Source of the DNA: Massalongia carnosa
Taxonomy: Eukaryota
Assembly (NCBI GenBank): GCA_965645245.1
Contig: OZ287082.1
Location: 620,001-684,000 of the forward strand
Length of the DNA: 64,000 nucleotides
Reading direction: 5' to 3'
Below, piece by piece: positions 20,844 to 34,616 of the stretch (the stretch's first letter is position 1; every line of letters starts with the position of its first letter). The position numbers and the translations under genes are program-made. The notes under the pieces are model-generated. The model did no database searches. It saw only the letters and a list, made by a program, of their open reading frames with translations, and was not told where the DNA came from.

Positions 20844-22722
20844 CTAACTGAAACTGTGAGACGGAAATCATACTGACGATACAGAGAAGTTGATCGAGAC
20901 GACTGCGGTGTTTGGACGTTTCATTTATGCTAATATCTTGTCATGAGTATGCATTCACTAAAGTAACTCAGCCAGGGTGGAAGTTATTATCGGGACATGA
21001 GAAGAGGGGTGTACATATGAGGAGGTGTTTTGGTATTATTTCCCCTATCGTCTACATTGACTCAGGTTTCAGCCTCAAAAAATCTTTTATCTATCTACCA
21101 CTACTGTGGTACGACATTTTTATCCAAATATCATCTCGTTATCATTATCTATAGTTTGCGAGGGGCCGGCGCCGGTGCCTGCCTGATCTCCTTACTCAAG
21201 ACCTGATGACGCAACATGCCTCTCGCCCTAGGCCTTCACGCCTCGCCCTATCTATATCTGTGACTGAGATGTGTAGGGAACCACCCCAGCGATAAGCAAT
21301 TTCCCCTATCTAAACGACAAAGTCTCGAAACGAGTGAGTGACAATCACGATCTTGCTAATGCCCCGAAGAATCGACAATCAACGAGATGAGAAGCAAAAA
21401 GCAAGTGAGAATATCATCTGTACGTGTTCTGACTCTCTACCACACTCCCCCGCCTAGTTGCTATCCCGCTTTGCCCCTCGTGTCGGTCACACACAAGCCC
21501 TCCCTCCCTCCACCATCCTGAGATATTTGACGTCATTCTGTCCCCGTCAGGCGCCATACATATATATAGCAGCCCCTCCCGATCTCCCTCAAACTCAAAC
21601 TCCCCAACTCTTTCCCAACCAAACTGTCACGATAGGCGAGAGCTCGGAGCTCAAAATTTAGCCACGATGGCGGGTTTTCTAGAGGGGGGGGGGGGAAAGA
21701 GGCCTGGTGACGTGATTGTAGTGACAACAAGTTAGTAATAGTATGACGGTTATGCAATGTAGGTAAAGATATATGAGTGTCGAGAAGGGTTGTCGGAAGG
21801 GGAGGAAGGTTCTTCTCTATTTACATCAGTTAGTTACTACTTCGTATAAGAAGAGAATATTGTCTATAACTGAAAGTCTGTACGAATGTTTCACATAATG
21901 TTTCACCGAATCAGCATATTAATCAGAGAGTGATTAATGATCCCGCGGGATGAAGAAAGATTGACATCATCGAAATCACGCATCTAGTGAGACGCGGTTA
22001 TCTTGTAAGAGTATTGTTAAAGCTTGGTGCCTATCTACGTTGCTACACTCCCTGAAAGATCCTCCGAGATTATGAATTGGGTGACATGAACCGCGAAAGT
22101 CCACGAAACTACGACCCTGAGACTCACTCAATTGCCATAACTGAGTTCCTCGAGAATGATTCCGCTACGGGCAACACAAGGGCGCCCGAGAGGGCGACAT
22201 CCGGCCTGCAAATACAGCTCTCAAGAGGAGAGTGCTAGTGACCCGTTACACCCCACCACGGTAATAGACTTCGGTTGATCCCTAAATGTCTTTTTGATAG
22301 TTATAGCTTTCAGTCAATCATCTACACTCACTTTGAACCTATGGGCCTATGAGTAACGCTCATGGGCTTCGGGCGCCAAGGACCTCCGAAGTCGACAAGC
22401 TTTTCAGGTCTGGGTCAACTAGTCATCAGGTATCCACTGTCTTGGGCACTCGATCAAAAGAAAGCAGTCATAACTTTGATCACGATCACTCATTGCCGTC
22501 GTGAAATTCGTAAAGATTTGGGTTAAAGGGAGAAAGTTGAGCTTGATAGAAAAATCCCAAATGCAGCTCTTAGACGTTACATAGGAAATAAATATCTGAA
22601 GGAGCGAAGTACAATCCAATAGACCTGACCTAGTCAATGAATCCTTGCGCCAATGGAATCGGTAACTTCGAGGATCTGTCATTAAATTGACGCCAACTTG
22701 ATGCACGAAAGTCCCTGACCAA

Positions 22723-23827
22723 GTGGCTGTCTCAGACGTGCGGTTACAAACCTCTCTGATAGGCCATAGGCCTAACAGTGGCGATCGGGCGCAGCAACAC
22801 AGCACGATATTGGTGTCTGGCGAGAATGATAGACTGATTTTTTGGTGGTGTTCCCATGCTGGAAAGACAAACAACTACAAGATAAGCAGCACCCCGAACA
22901 TTATTGGCCTCTTACCTAGCCTGTCCATCATGACGGATAGCCACCTGTCTCTAGAATACGTCCTTGAACCCAGAGCCAAGGAGAAACCAGGTCACGAATG
23001 GGTGACATGGGCTTTTCAGCAGGGCGTCAGGTTCCCCTTTGAGGATGCAAAGATTTTCTCAGACATGATAGCTGGGAATAATATCCAAACATCGTTTGAA
23101 TGTGGATTTGCTCCATTCAGTGATGCAAAACTGTGCCAGTATTCAACACCTTTGATGGCTCGGGAGAAGCGCATGATCATCAATTCGATGCTCATTCTCT
23201 ATCACAACAACAACGTTCAGGATCATAAATATGAGGCCAAATCCTATATGAGGCCTGGGAATATCAGCATCAACGCTATGATTCAAGCATAAGGTGGCAG
23301 TAAAGCGGGCCGTCATACGCTTCTACTGTCGGCTGCTTGCCGCGACACAGGGAATCAGCCTTTCCTTGGAATTCCCATCCCTTTCTTTTGCGGAGTTCAT
23401 GGACATCTTGAACATCGTCAGCGTCACAAGTGAAGGAGTGAACGACGTTTGTGATCTCCATGATTATTCCGAGTGGCAGTCAACGAATGGATTTTTCGAC
23501 TCTCGACAATTTCCAGATTCCATACCGTCTGGACCATCTGTCGGCGACCTCGAACGGCGACCCTTGAGAACTGGTCATCGTTACTTTCACGAATGGGCGT
23601 CTTTCCAAAACATCGTCCATTCATCAAGCGATCGGACAGCGCGCTTCACAAGGACAACTATCATGAAGAGCAAGGTTGAGTGCCCTCAACTCGTCAAGGG
23701 TTCCCTCTGCTGCGGAGGACCCGCTTTCCTCTCTCGTGGAATATCATTCACATTGAGCGAGGCGAGTAACGTGAGCATCAGATATGTGGATGACTTCCAC
23801 ATGCGTTTTCTCAAGCTCGCTTACTAA
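22723..23827 (+). other. Possible disrupted coding sequence, unassigned
   Basis: Two adjacent ORFs of 189 and 177 aa in different frames; no motif recognised. Confidence 0.25.
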
Positions 23828-24134
23828 CTGCACTTTGACACATCCCTTTGAGCGAAGACACTGGCCATCGCTTCAAAATTGAGGTGAGTTGGTCAAGGCA
23901 CCTCTGTAGTCGTAGCACCTCTTAAATGTGTATGTAGTTTCTTTCTTGATGATGATGTCCTGCTTCGTAGTCTCACTAAACTCACAATCACCTCTTCAGC
24001 TCGTATGCCTCGTATAGGTGAATGAGAAGAATACTATAGACGCGTACCTACAGTATATAGAGCTTTTTTCTATTAGCCTATATGGGGTCAAAGGTGTAGC
24101 TGCTTTGTATGGATGCTAAGTCAAAGAAGTAACC

Positions 24135-24450
24135 CTAAGATTTGGGGACAACGAATCGAACGCCTTCAATTTTTTTTTGGCAGTTCAAAGTGAAGGTTGA
24201 CGTGGCTATCTTGTCACTTGCAGTCATACCGTTGTCAAATTTCGAGTAAAAAGTCGTCGATGGGCTCAGATTCCTCAACTTGTGAATAGCGTCATAGTCG
24301 GAACAGTGATTCGCATCCTGCTGACAGAAACTATCTTGAGTTGTTTGGATAATAGTATCGCTACTCCCAGTGTCTATCACAAATCGGAGTGTTATATCGC
24401 TCACATTTATCTGCATGATATATACACTGTTCTGCATCACGCGAATTAGC
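24135..24450 (-). pseudogene. Aspartic protease (pepsin/yapsin-like) N-lobe fragment
   Basis: VYIMQINV...LRFVIDTGSSDT catalytic motif; a downstream stop removes the second lobe. Confidence 0.6.
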
Positions 24451-25769
24451 GACCATTTACAGTATTCGGAAATAAAAGTCGTACAGCATTTTGTAGGACT
24501 TGACCCAGTAGTCTTGTATTCGTTTTTGCAGGGATATGAATCGAGGTAACGCTCTAGTGTCCGCTGGGGATGCTTTTGGAACATTTTTAGAGATAAAGAT
24601 ATAGAATGCATCTTCGTAGCCTGCGACAAGGGCGATTGCACAAGCAATACAAAGGACGAACTTCATAACAAAAGTAACAGAGAGCCGAACGAGAACGTGG
24701 CTCTGTCCGAACGAGAATCCAAACATACATCTCTTAAGTCTATCCATGAACCCATAGCCCTGCACCTCAAAGATCCCGTTCAGCACAGTCGATACTAAGT
24801 CAATAAACAGAGAAGCCAAATCTGCCTTTGAACAATGACAGGCCCGTCTAGATGAACGGAATTTAGAGAAGGAAACATTCGGAGTTGCGGGATCTCGTTA
24901 TACTTCGCACATATTTTGAAACATTTTATGTGTTCTGCAAGTCAAGCAGAATGGGTTTCCTATCCGCAGAACATGAGATCAAAGCGTTTTGTAATAATTA
25001 CAATTTTTTTGAACGACAGGTTGCTCGTGAAACATGGCCTGCCGCACCTTTTTCTTTCTATGAAGTCTTTCTGTGCACTCGCACTATCTTCCTATTATCA
25101 AGTAGAAGATTGAGAAATGAAGGAAAAATCTCCGTCAGCTCGATGGGTCAGTATAAATATTATTCTCTAGACTTATGTAGATGTTATTTTCCGCACAAAT
25201 CACGTCTAGCTTATCCTTCAAGCCTCATGCTCACTAATTGCAATGTTTAACATCATGAATTCGAATGTTTTTATCACTTCTTTTCAGCTTACTATGAGTC
25301 TGCGATGAGAAATATACTCGACAATTAACTCAAAGAATCCGACATTGAAGATGATTCTTATCCTGAATGCAGTAGATGATCTTGAAGAAGTAAGCTTTTC
25401 AACATGCTCTAGACAGCTTCTAATGAGTCATTAAGAAGATCGTCAGAGCCTGAGCCTAAGTCGGCGCAACGAGAATTGTCTTTTTCGATCGTCATGATTC
25501 TCTGCTCGAAGAACCTGCTTTTGCAATTAAATTCATTAGTAACAGCATCAGTAATCTCGTCATCGTCGAAAATATCACTTTCGAGTCAGACGTAAAGACG
25601 CTGTTCGACAATGAAGAGCAAAGTTTGACAAAGTTGATGTCGTTGCTCATGCTGTCGCGATGATGACGAGCGAACTGATTGAAAACCTGAAGCCGAAAGC
25701 GTGATTAAGTGACTACGAAGTTAATTTCAAAGACACATACAATTTTACACACTACTTTCTCCGGGCGGA

Positions 25770-26163
25770 ACATGACGAGGGAACCTTCATTAACCTCGTC
25801 AGCTTGAACGCAGCTTTCACTAATCCGGGCAGCAAGCTAGCTTCGAATAAGCTTGATGAGTACCTCGTCGCTAGTAAGTCGTGATCTCTTGGCCTAGCTA
25901 ATCCTAGTAAAGAAAAGCCAAACTTCCGTGTGTTCAACGTTCATCCCAGTATCGTCGGTGCTTTGCTATTGGCAGTATTCGAATCGCTGGTGTCACGCTC
26001 TACCTTGTGACTCCCAAAGCCGACCATAAAGAGTGGTAGCTTTGTCAGTGTGAACTGGGATCTCGACGGGCTGGAGGCCGACAAGCAGGAGGAGATTGTC
26101 GACAACAACCTTCTGAAGCTTGAATCCCTTGGCGCAAAGTTAGGACCAGAGGGACACCTTTGA
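25770..26163 (+). pseudogene. C-terminal fragment of a short-chain dehydrogenase/reductase
   Basis: Hand translation gives GTFINLVS...SKLASNKLDEYL|intron|EKPNFRVFNVHPSIV...FVSVNWDLDGLEA...GAKLGPEGH. Confidence 0.6.
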
Positions 26164-26892
26164 TTATGATCAACTGATGAAAGAGAAGCTCAAGAGGCAG
26201 TACAGAGCACGAGCGGTTGTGATAAAAAGTACAATGTCAAAAGAAGAGGCAGTACTCTGCTGTCACGATTCGAACCTCTCGGAAAAGCACGCTGCGCTTC
26301 AGAGATTGTGGAGAGTGCTATGTATGTCATCATAGGAATCAGTTAATTTCAAAAGCTGAATTCATTCTTTGATGTCGCGCTATCGCGCACAGAACGTAAA
26401 AGTTGTGATACAGAGTTGGGCGAATGCTTAAGTTAGTGCTCATAGAAGAATGGATCTATGAGCATCGTATTCGACAAAGTCGGCTCTTCAGACGAGCAGC
26501 GTTAGAACCTCGCTATATTTACCCGGAGAGATTGAATAATTAGTAGGTTGTTATGAACTTGATGGATCGCTTGAGGCGTAAGTGTCTTATTACTTGTAAG
26601 ACGGTCTCTTACGCGCCACAACATATAGCCTTATCTGATTGACCAACGATGACGGGCATGCCTCGGATTTCATTGGCGATGATGTGTCTTGACTCCGCCG
26701 CCCAGATACGCTCCAATGCATGATGTGCCGAACCAATCATTGCTAAGCAAGAAGCAGGCTGCGCCCATCTTTCTCAACACTCTCTTGATCATCGTTACAG
26801 CTCAGCATCCATTTCTTGACTCCACCGTCGCCAGGCCAAAGCCCTGTGTTATATTGTTCAATCTACTGTTATAATTACTAGAGCAGGATCCG

Positions 26893-29800
26893 ATGGCAAG
26901 CCCGGCGCGTGAAGGAAAACGGGAGCGATTGAAAGAAAATGTTAGGTCCTTGTTTAGTCACAAGGCTGATAAGGCAAAACAGGACTCTACTGGAACTCCT
27001 CCGAAAGAATCTTCCACATCAAAAACAATGAAACCTGATTCTGCCTCTATTCCAACGTCAACTGCCAAGATGAATCCGAAATCTGGATCTGCTCCGAATT
27101 CAACTGAAGAGGCGAAACCGATCAAAGCATCTTCCTCAGCGGGTGCGCAAGATAAGGATGTTAGGAGTAATCTGTGGGACGTTGCGCTGCAGAAACTGTC
27201 GTCGAAGGAGAAAGAGGCAATTCAACAGATCAACCTGGATCCAAAACTAGAGATGGTGGAACAGTTACGCGATGTCATTCAGCAGAAGCGAGATGAATGC
27301 CTCAAGAAACGATGGAAATTCAAATTTCAAGATCAAGAGATAATCCTTCGCGATTTAGCAGAGAAAATCATCGTTGGACTCAACAAATTCAAGGAAATTG
27401 GAGACGTCGCAGTAAATTTTGATCCTGTTCATGCTGCGTTGCCATGGGCGGGAGTCAGGTTTTTGCTGCAGGTAAGATTCGATTTTTCTTTGACGTGAAT
27501 TGAAAAGTCCTAACTCTGGAGAAGTTGGCGGTAGGAGAAAGCGAGTTGATGGCAGCTTTACTTATGGGCGGAGAGAAGGTGACGCAACTCATCAATCGGT
27601 GCGGAATATACGAGCTCCTTTACCTTCGCCCTAAGCCATTCGAACCGTCCACACCGGCTACGGCGAATCTAATAACGGCATTGATAGCCTTGTATAGCGC
27701 TGTGTTAAGATTCAGCGCCCATGCAAAGCAGTCATACAATCGAAGCTTTGTTTCTCGAACTCTGGGAAGTTGGTTGAGCCCGGAAGTTCTTGGGTTTGTC
27801 GAGACTTGTAAAGACTTAGAAGCGCAGGTAGAGACGGAGACAATAAATTTAGATCGCATACAAGATCGGGAAACAAACACGAAGCTTGAGAGCTTGTTAG
27901 AAGATTTGAAAAGTCCAATCTTGCGTGTCGATGCCCGAGTGGGTACTTTGAGCGATGGGTATGAAGTGGACAAGCGAAATAAAATACTTTCTTGGGTATC
28001 CGACATTCCATACGAGGATATCCACTATGTTGCTCGCAAAGGATGGACAAACGGAACAGGAAAGTGGTTGCTGGATCATGAACGATATGTAGAATGGCGT
28101 GCGTCTAGCGCATCGACAATATTATGGCTGCACGGAATGCGTAAGTCTATATGCCATATCTAGCATCCTTACTGACTATATCCGTTAGCTGGCGCTGGCA
28201 AAACTAAACTTGTGTCGACAGTCGTCGATGACTTGATTACTACTTTTACTCAGCAATCGAATGACGAGGCGCTGGCCTACTTTTATTGCGATCGCAATCA
28301 GCCTAACCGTCAAGACCCAGCCCTAATAATGAGCAGCTTTGTCCGACAACTGTCAGGGGTCGAAAGAATTAACACGATTCAGCGTCCAATCGTTCAAAAG
28401 TATGAAATAGCACAAAGAAATGGCTTTGCCTCAGGAGGGCTCAAGATTGAGGAAAGTTTCGATCTTCTTCTTCAGCTGACGGAGATTTATCCACAAATCA
28501 CGTTAGTTTTGGACGCTTTGGATGAGTGCAACAAGGAAACGAGAGCCTCTTTCATGAAAATGTTAGACACCTTGGTCAGCGGCAAGTCTTCTAACTTGGT
28601 AAAGGTTTTCATCTCGAGCCGGCCAGATCTAGATATCAAACACCGATTTAATGATGGACCAAACATGGGGATAAAGGCAACGGATAATGAGAAAGACATA
28701 GCAAAGTTTATCGACGATAAGATCACCGATAAATCAGAGTGGTACTGCAAGATAAGTTCCGAACTTAGAGAGCTCATCTCCGAGACGTTGGTGAGCAAAA
28801 GTGACGGAATGTAAGTTATTATAACTGTTAGCCACTAGTATGATTTTCTAAGATTAGAATAGGTTTCAGTGGGCATCTCTGCAGATTATTCAACTACATA
28901 AACTCCCGCCCCGTAAACGCGATATTGAAGAGCGACTAGGCAAACTTCCTAACGACCTTGATGCGGCATATGACGAAATATATCGAAGAATTCAGACCCA
29001 AGGTGGAAGCGCGCCCGATATTGCCAACCGTGCATTTCAATGGATCATGTGTTCCGGGAAACCCTTATCGCCAGCAGCACTAGTCGCTGGGGTTTGCCAA
29101 GATCCCAACACGGACGTCGTTGACGCTGTGGATATCGATATCGATTTCGTTCTCGACGCTTGTCAGAACTTAATTGTTGTGGATTCCCAGCTAAATATCT
29201 GTCGATTTTCCCACTTATCCGTTCAGGAGTATTTGGAAAAACACTGGAGTTCTCATGATGCGAATGCTCTCATAGCGAAAGTATGTCTGTCTTTATTGAA
29301 TGACCCGATTCAACAAAAACGGGATACAGAGTCGCAAGACGGAAACAAAGAATTCAACGACATTGTACGATATGCAAGATTTTTTTGGGCAAACCACGTA
29401 CAAGACCACGGGGAAGAAAGTATTGATTCTTGTTTATCGACAATTTTAAAGCAATTCCTTGGATCCCTTAACGAAAGCGGCCCTGCATATAAGAGTTGGC
29501 ATGAAACGATAGGTAGAAAATACAATTTATATGATCTGCTCAGTCCATCTTCATCGACTTTGCTGGCAGCATCGGCGTTTGGGTTCAATAAAATCTTATC
29601 CGATTGGTGGGAAACGGCGGTTTTCGATGTAGAGACACGTAATAAAGAAAATATATCATTGCTACAGATTGCAGCTGATAATGGTCATCTTTCTATTATC
29701 ATGATTCTGTTGAACAAAGGAGCGGACGTTAACGCGCAAGGCGGAGGGTATGGCAATGCGCTGCAGGCGGCATCATTTAATGGTCATGAAAAGATAGTGC

Positions 29801-32205
29801 AATTTTTGTTGAACAAGGGGGCGGACGTTAACGCGCAAGGCGGAGAATTTGGCAATGCGCTGCAGGCGGCATCATGGAATGATCACGAGGAGGTGGTGCA
29901 ATTATTGTTGAATAAGGGGGCGGACGTTAACGCGCAAGGCGGAGAATTTGGCAATGCGCTGCAGGCGGCATCATGGAATGATCACGAGAAGGTGGTGCAA
30001 TTATTGTTGAATAAGAGGGCGGACGTTAACGCGCAAGGCGGAGAATATGGCAATGCGCTGCAGGCGGCATCATGGAATGGTAACGAGGAGGTGATGCAAT
30101 TGTTGTTGAATAAGGGGGCGGACGTTAACGCGCAAGGCGGAGAATTTGGCAATGCGCTGCAGGCGGCATCATGGAATGATCACGAGGAGGTGGTGCAATT
30201 ATTGTTGAATAAGGGGGCGAACGTTAACGCGCAAGGCGAGGTATGACAATGCGCTGCAGGCGGCATCATTGAAAGGTCACGAGGAGGTGATGCAATTGTT
30301 GTTGAATAACGAAGCGGACATTCACACGCAAGGCGGAAAGTATGGCAATGCGCTGCAGGCGGCATCATTCGGAGGTCACGAGAAGGTGATACAATTGTTG
30401 TTGAATAAGGGAGTCGACGTTAACGCGCAAGGCGGAAAGTATGACAATGCGCTGCAGGCGGCATCATTGAAAGGTCACGAGGAGATGGTGCAATTGTTGT
30501 TGAATAACGATGCGGACGTTCACACGCAAGGCGGAAAGTATGGCAATGCGCTGCAGGCGGCATCATTCGGAGGTCACGAGAAGGTGGTGCAATTGTTGTT
30601 GAATAAGGGGGCGGACGTTAACGCGCAAGGCGGAGAGTATGACAATGCGCTGCAGGCGGCATCATTGAAAGGTCACGAGGAGATGGTGCAATTGTTGTTG
30701 AATAACGATGCGGACGTTCACACGCAAGGCGGAAAGTATGGCAATGCGCTGCAGGCGGCATCATTGAAAGGTCACAAGAAAGTGATGCAATTGTTGTTGA
30801 ATAAGGGGCCGGACGTTAACGCGCAAGGCGGAGAATATGGCAATACGCTGCAGGCGGCATCATCGAATGGTCGCGAGAAAGTGGTGCAATTGTTGATAAA
30901 TAACGGGGCGAAAGTTAACGACAGCGCGCTGCAGGAAGCATCATCGAGTGGTCACGAGGGGGTGGTGCAGCTGTTGATAAATAACGGGCGAAAGTTAACG
31001 ACAGCGCGCTGCAGGTAGCATCATCGGAAGGTCACGAGAAGGTGGTGCAGCTGTTGATAAACAACGGGGCGGAAGTTAACGACAGCGCGCTGCAGAAGGC
31101 ATGCATAAGTGGTCACAAGAAAGTGGTGCAGCTGTTGATAAATAACGGGGCGGAAGTTAACGACAGCGCGCTGCAGAAGGCATGCATAAGTGGTCACAAG
31201 AAGATGGTGCAGCTGTTGATAAATAACGGGGCGGAAGTTAACGACAGCGCGCTGCAAGCAGCATCATCGGAGGGTCACGAGAAGGTGGTGCAGCTGTTGA
31301 TAAATAACGGGACGAAAGTTAACGACAGCGCGCTGCAAGCAGCATCATCGGAGGGTCACGAGAAGGTGGTGCAGCTGTTGATAAATAACGGGACGAAAGT
31401 TAACGACAGCGCGCTGCAAGCAGCATCATCGGAGGGTCACGAGAAGGTGGTGCAGCTGTTGATAAATAACGGGACGAAAGTTAACGACAGCGCGCTGCAA
31501 GCAGCATCATCGGAGGGTCACGAGAAGGTGGTGCAGCTGTTGATAAATAACGGGGCGGAAGTTAACGACAGCGCGCTGCAGGTAGCATCATCGGAAGGTC
31601 ACGAGAAGGTGGTGCAGCTGTTGATAAATAACGGGGCGGAAGTTAACGACAGCGCGCTGCAGAAGGCATGCATAAGTGGTCACAAGAAAGTGGTGCAGCT
31701 GTTGATAAATAACGGGGCGGAAGTTAACGACAGCGCGCTGCAGAAGGCATGCATAAGTGGTCACAAGAAGATGGTGCAGCTGTTGATAAATAACGGGGCG
31801 GAAGTTAACGACAGCGCGCTGCAAGCGGCATCATCGGAGGGTCACGAGAAGGTGGTGCAGCTGTTGATAAATAACGGGGCGGAAGTTAACGACAGCGCGC
31901 TGCAAGCGGCATCATCGGAGGGTCACGAGAAGGTGGTGCAGCTGTTGATAAATAACGGGGCGGAAGTTAACGACAGCGCGCTGCAAGCAGCATCATCGGA
32001 AGGTCACGAGAAGGTGGTGCAGCTGTTATTGGATAACGGGGCGGAAGTTAACGACAACGTGCTGCAGAAAGCAAGGAAAGGCCAGGAGAAGGTGATGCTG
32101 CAGTGGTTGGATAGGAAAGGCATTAGCGACGAGTTGCTGCAGGAATATAGGGAAGATCAGGGGAATGTCATACGACTGCTGGAGGCAGCCATGAAACCTT
32201 CCTGA
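26893..32205 (+). CDS. NACHT-ankyrin fungal NLR (N-terminal helical domain, NACHT, long ankyrin array); two frameshifts in the repeats
   Basis: [21 protein letters not shown]-loop WLHGM|PGAGKTKL across intron 28141-28188; Walker [15 protein letters not shown]. Introns 27472-27524, 28141-28188 and 28811-28862 join the exons in frame; indels at ~30238 and ~30987. Confidence 0.92.
29705..30890 (+). repeat. Tandem 99-bp (33-aa) ankyrin repeats, ~12 units
   Basis: [29 protein letters not shown] recurrences. Confidence 0.92.
30890..32070 (+). repeat. Tandem 81-bp (27-aa) shortened ankyrin repeats, ~14 units
   Basis: [27 protein letters not shown] recurrences; higher-order 567-bp duplication. Confidence 0.92.
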
Positions 32206-34117
32206 TATCAAGTCCTCCCTCAGCCCTGATTTCTTTTGGCGTTAATTCATATGAAGCTGCTTGTTAGACGAGTCTTCTATTTTCTTCTTGAGAGAAGAAT
32301 GCGCGAAGCGAGATACTATCTGAAGAAAGAGAGGAGCTTGTGATTGAGAGATATCAATGTAGCAAGCTAGCACTGCTTTTTTATCATGCTGTCTGCTTAT
32401 TGAAGATTGTTAGCTTTTTCGTATTGAAATATTCGAAAGACCTTTGAGTAAAAGTAAAATACTAGTTTTGATGACTTTCTATAATCTAGTTCAAGAGATC
32501 AATAAGCTCGTCGTTGCGGGATATAAGATATTTCATCAAGAATAGTGAGTTCAAGGAATTGACATTAAAGCTGTAAGTACTGAGATTAATATAAGCGGAG
32601 AGATGAATCGGAAAGTCAGTTACAAGAAAAATCCTGAAGTAGCGGATAGTTATCGAGAACTTCAGTTATCAATACGAGTTCTTCAGTACTAGGAAGATAT
32701 TGACACATATATCTCAGATAGTTAATGATCTTAGAAGGAAAGAGGAAAAGAAAGCAGATTAGTAAAAGCACAGAAAACATATGAATCAAGCGGAGAAAAG
32801 AGCTTTGCGATAAAGGGTCTTTTCCATTAAAGAAGTAAATGTGCATTCATTGAACAAACAACTAGTTAGTTAGGCAAAGAACGATATTAACCTCGTTTAA
32901 CAAAAGCCGTGTCCAATCGCGACAAGACTGATATGCGAAATCAGGGACATTTATACATATCTATCGCCCATTGACCTTCTTTCCGATCACCTTCCGGACT
33001 CTGTTAACAAAACCCTTTTGCTGACAAGTAATTAAACCGAACCATGCGCTCATCTCCCGCTGTCAACGCGGACTTGACATTTTGCGAGTTTTTCGGAGCA
33101 ACGTGCGTTGATCATCGCTCGTTGCGAGTTCGGGAATGAAAGTGAGAAAACTCCTTTTTTCGAGTAAAATTACCACTAGCAAAACATCACCACTTTTTTG
33201 TATGTGGTGGTTAGAAAATTACACGATTAGTCCCGGGCGATATGAACTCCGATGCGTATTTTATCTATTGAGCTCGAGTCTCGGGCGCAATAACTTCACT
33301 GCTCGTTTATATAGAAAACATCGTCTTTGATCCTTTAACAAAAATGAATCCGTCATAGTCTTTGGTTTTTATCTTATCGCTGCGGTCCTGTGTCTTCCTT
33401 AACTTCAATAGCTGGTTTGCAAATATTTAACACAAACCAGCATTTGACTCATAATTGCAGAACAGCGACGACAGAGACCTGCGCAACGGGATGAGCGCAT
33501 TCGTTATGATATGATTCATTGAATGGGTCACTGAACTAATACAAAATAATCATCGTTTTTGACAGTCGCTGCACCATCACACTTATCAACAACAGCTCGG
33601 GGTTGATGAAAGAGCGAGTTCTGAATTCTCATGGGCCCATGCCTGTGCCTCGGATGAGAGTTGCGAAAATCTCAAATGAGCGATCGAGGATGCATTCGAG
33701 TCATCGGAATGTGTATCAATCGTCCATCAGTTCATACGCTCGGTGTTGCTGGCAGATCTATTTCCTCGCCACTATGTACAAAAGATACTTGTTCAGAAGA
33801 AACGAATGGAGGCAGAGCGATTTTACAACGAGGTTTCTTTGATATAAGAGTGGCTCGGGCTTGAGGGACGGGGGTCAAATACCATAACCTGCTTGTTTTA
33901 AGAGATGGGTGCGGACTAGGTCATGACTGTTTGAAAAGTCACGGAGGGGCGGAGGACTGATATGATAAATACATCCGGATGGGATAGATACACAATAACA
34001 TGAAAGCCCGTTTGTAACGATGTGTCTGAATAGCGGACGTCAAAGGTATGACGTAAGAAGTCTTCGCCTCAATGTTTACGCTCTAGTTACTGTGTACGGA
34101 GTAACTTACCAAGGAAA

Positions 34118-34212
34118 TTGCCTCAGTACCTCAGACGTGCGTGGCTCAATGAGCCGGCTAAGCCCCTCCGGGTTAGCCTATTTTCGCTAAGCCCCTTCGG
34201 GTTAGCGTCGCT
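34118..34212 (+). repeat. Left terminal inverted repeat
   Basis: ttgcctcagtacctcagacgtgc...gggttagcgtcgct is the reverse complement of 40050-40144. Confidence 0.95.
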
Positions 34213-34616
34213 GCTGACTCACATCAGTGCGATAGCACGTCTGAGCGCAAAACTCAAAATTACGGCCAGATCCGCGTAATAAAAATTTTAGCAGTGCAAC
34301 CATTCCTTTTATGGATTTAATACAATGATTAGGGTCGTATTAGTTTACCAGAGACTGTATTTTATACCAAAAACGCACCTCTCAAGATGGATGACTCGAT
34401 AATCATGTGTTATAACTACTGTCAGGCTAAGAAAAGCGATGTGAAAGTCGATTAAGTGATAAATTGTTCGCTTTCGCTCAATTTTGAGGTTGATGAACTG
34501 ATTATTTTCATGTGGCGCGATTACATTGAGTTACAAAGATCATGATGATATGAATAACGACGGCCAATCAATGGTATTGTATGATTTATCTAGATTGAAG
34601 CTATCTGACGAAAGCC

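Noticed and set aside
21150..21850. Possible LTR remnants and a G12 polypurine tract
   Set aside because: No paired termini, TSD or second copy could be established
29705..32070. Regular repeats here and at 20007-20600 as a CRISPR array
   Set aside because: Unit lengths are multiples of 3, they encode ankyrin or TPR motifs, there are no unique spacers, and the context is eukaryotic
32210..34100. AT-rich and mixed sequence with short ORFs between the NLR and the TIR element
   Set aside because: No recognisable protein motif or repeat structure by eye
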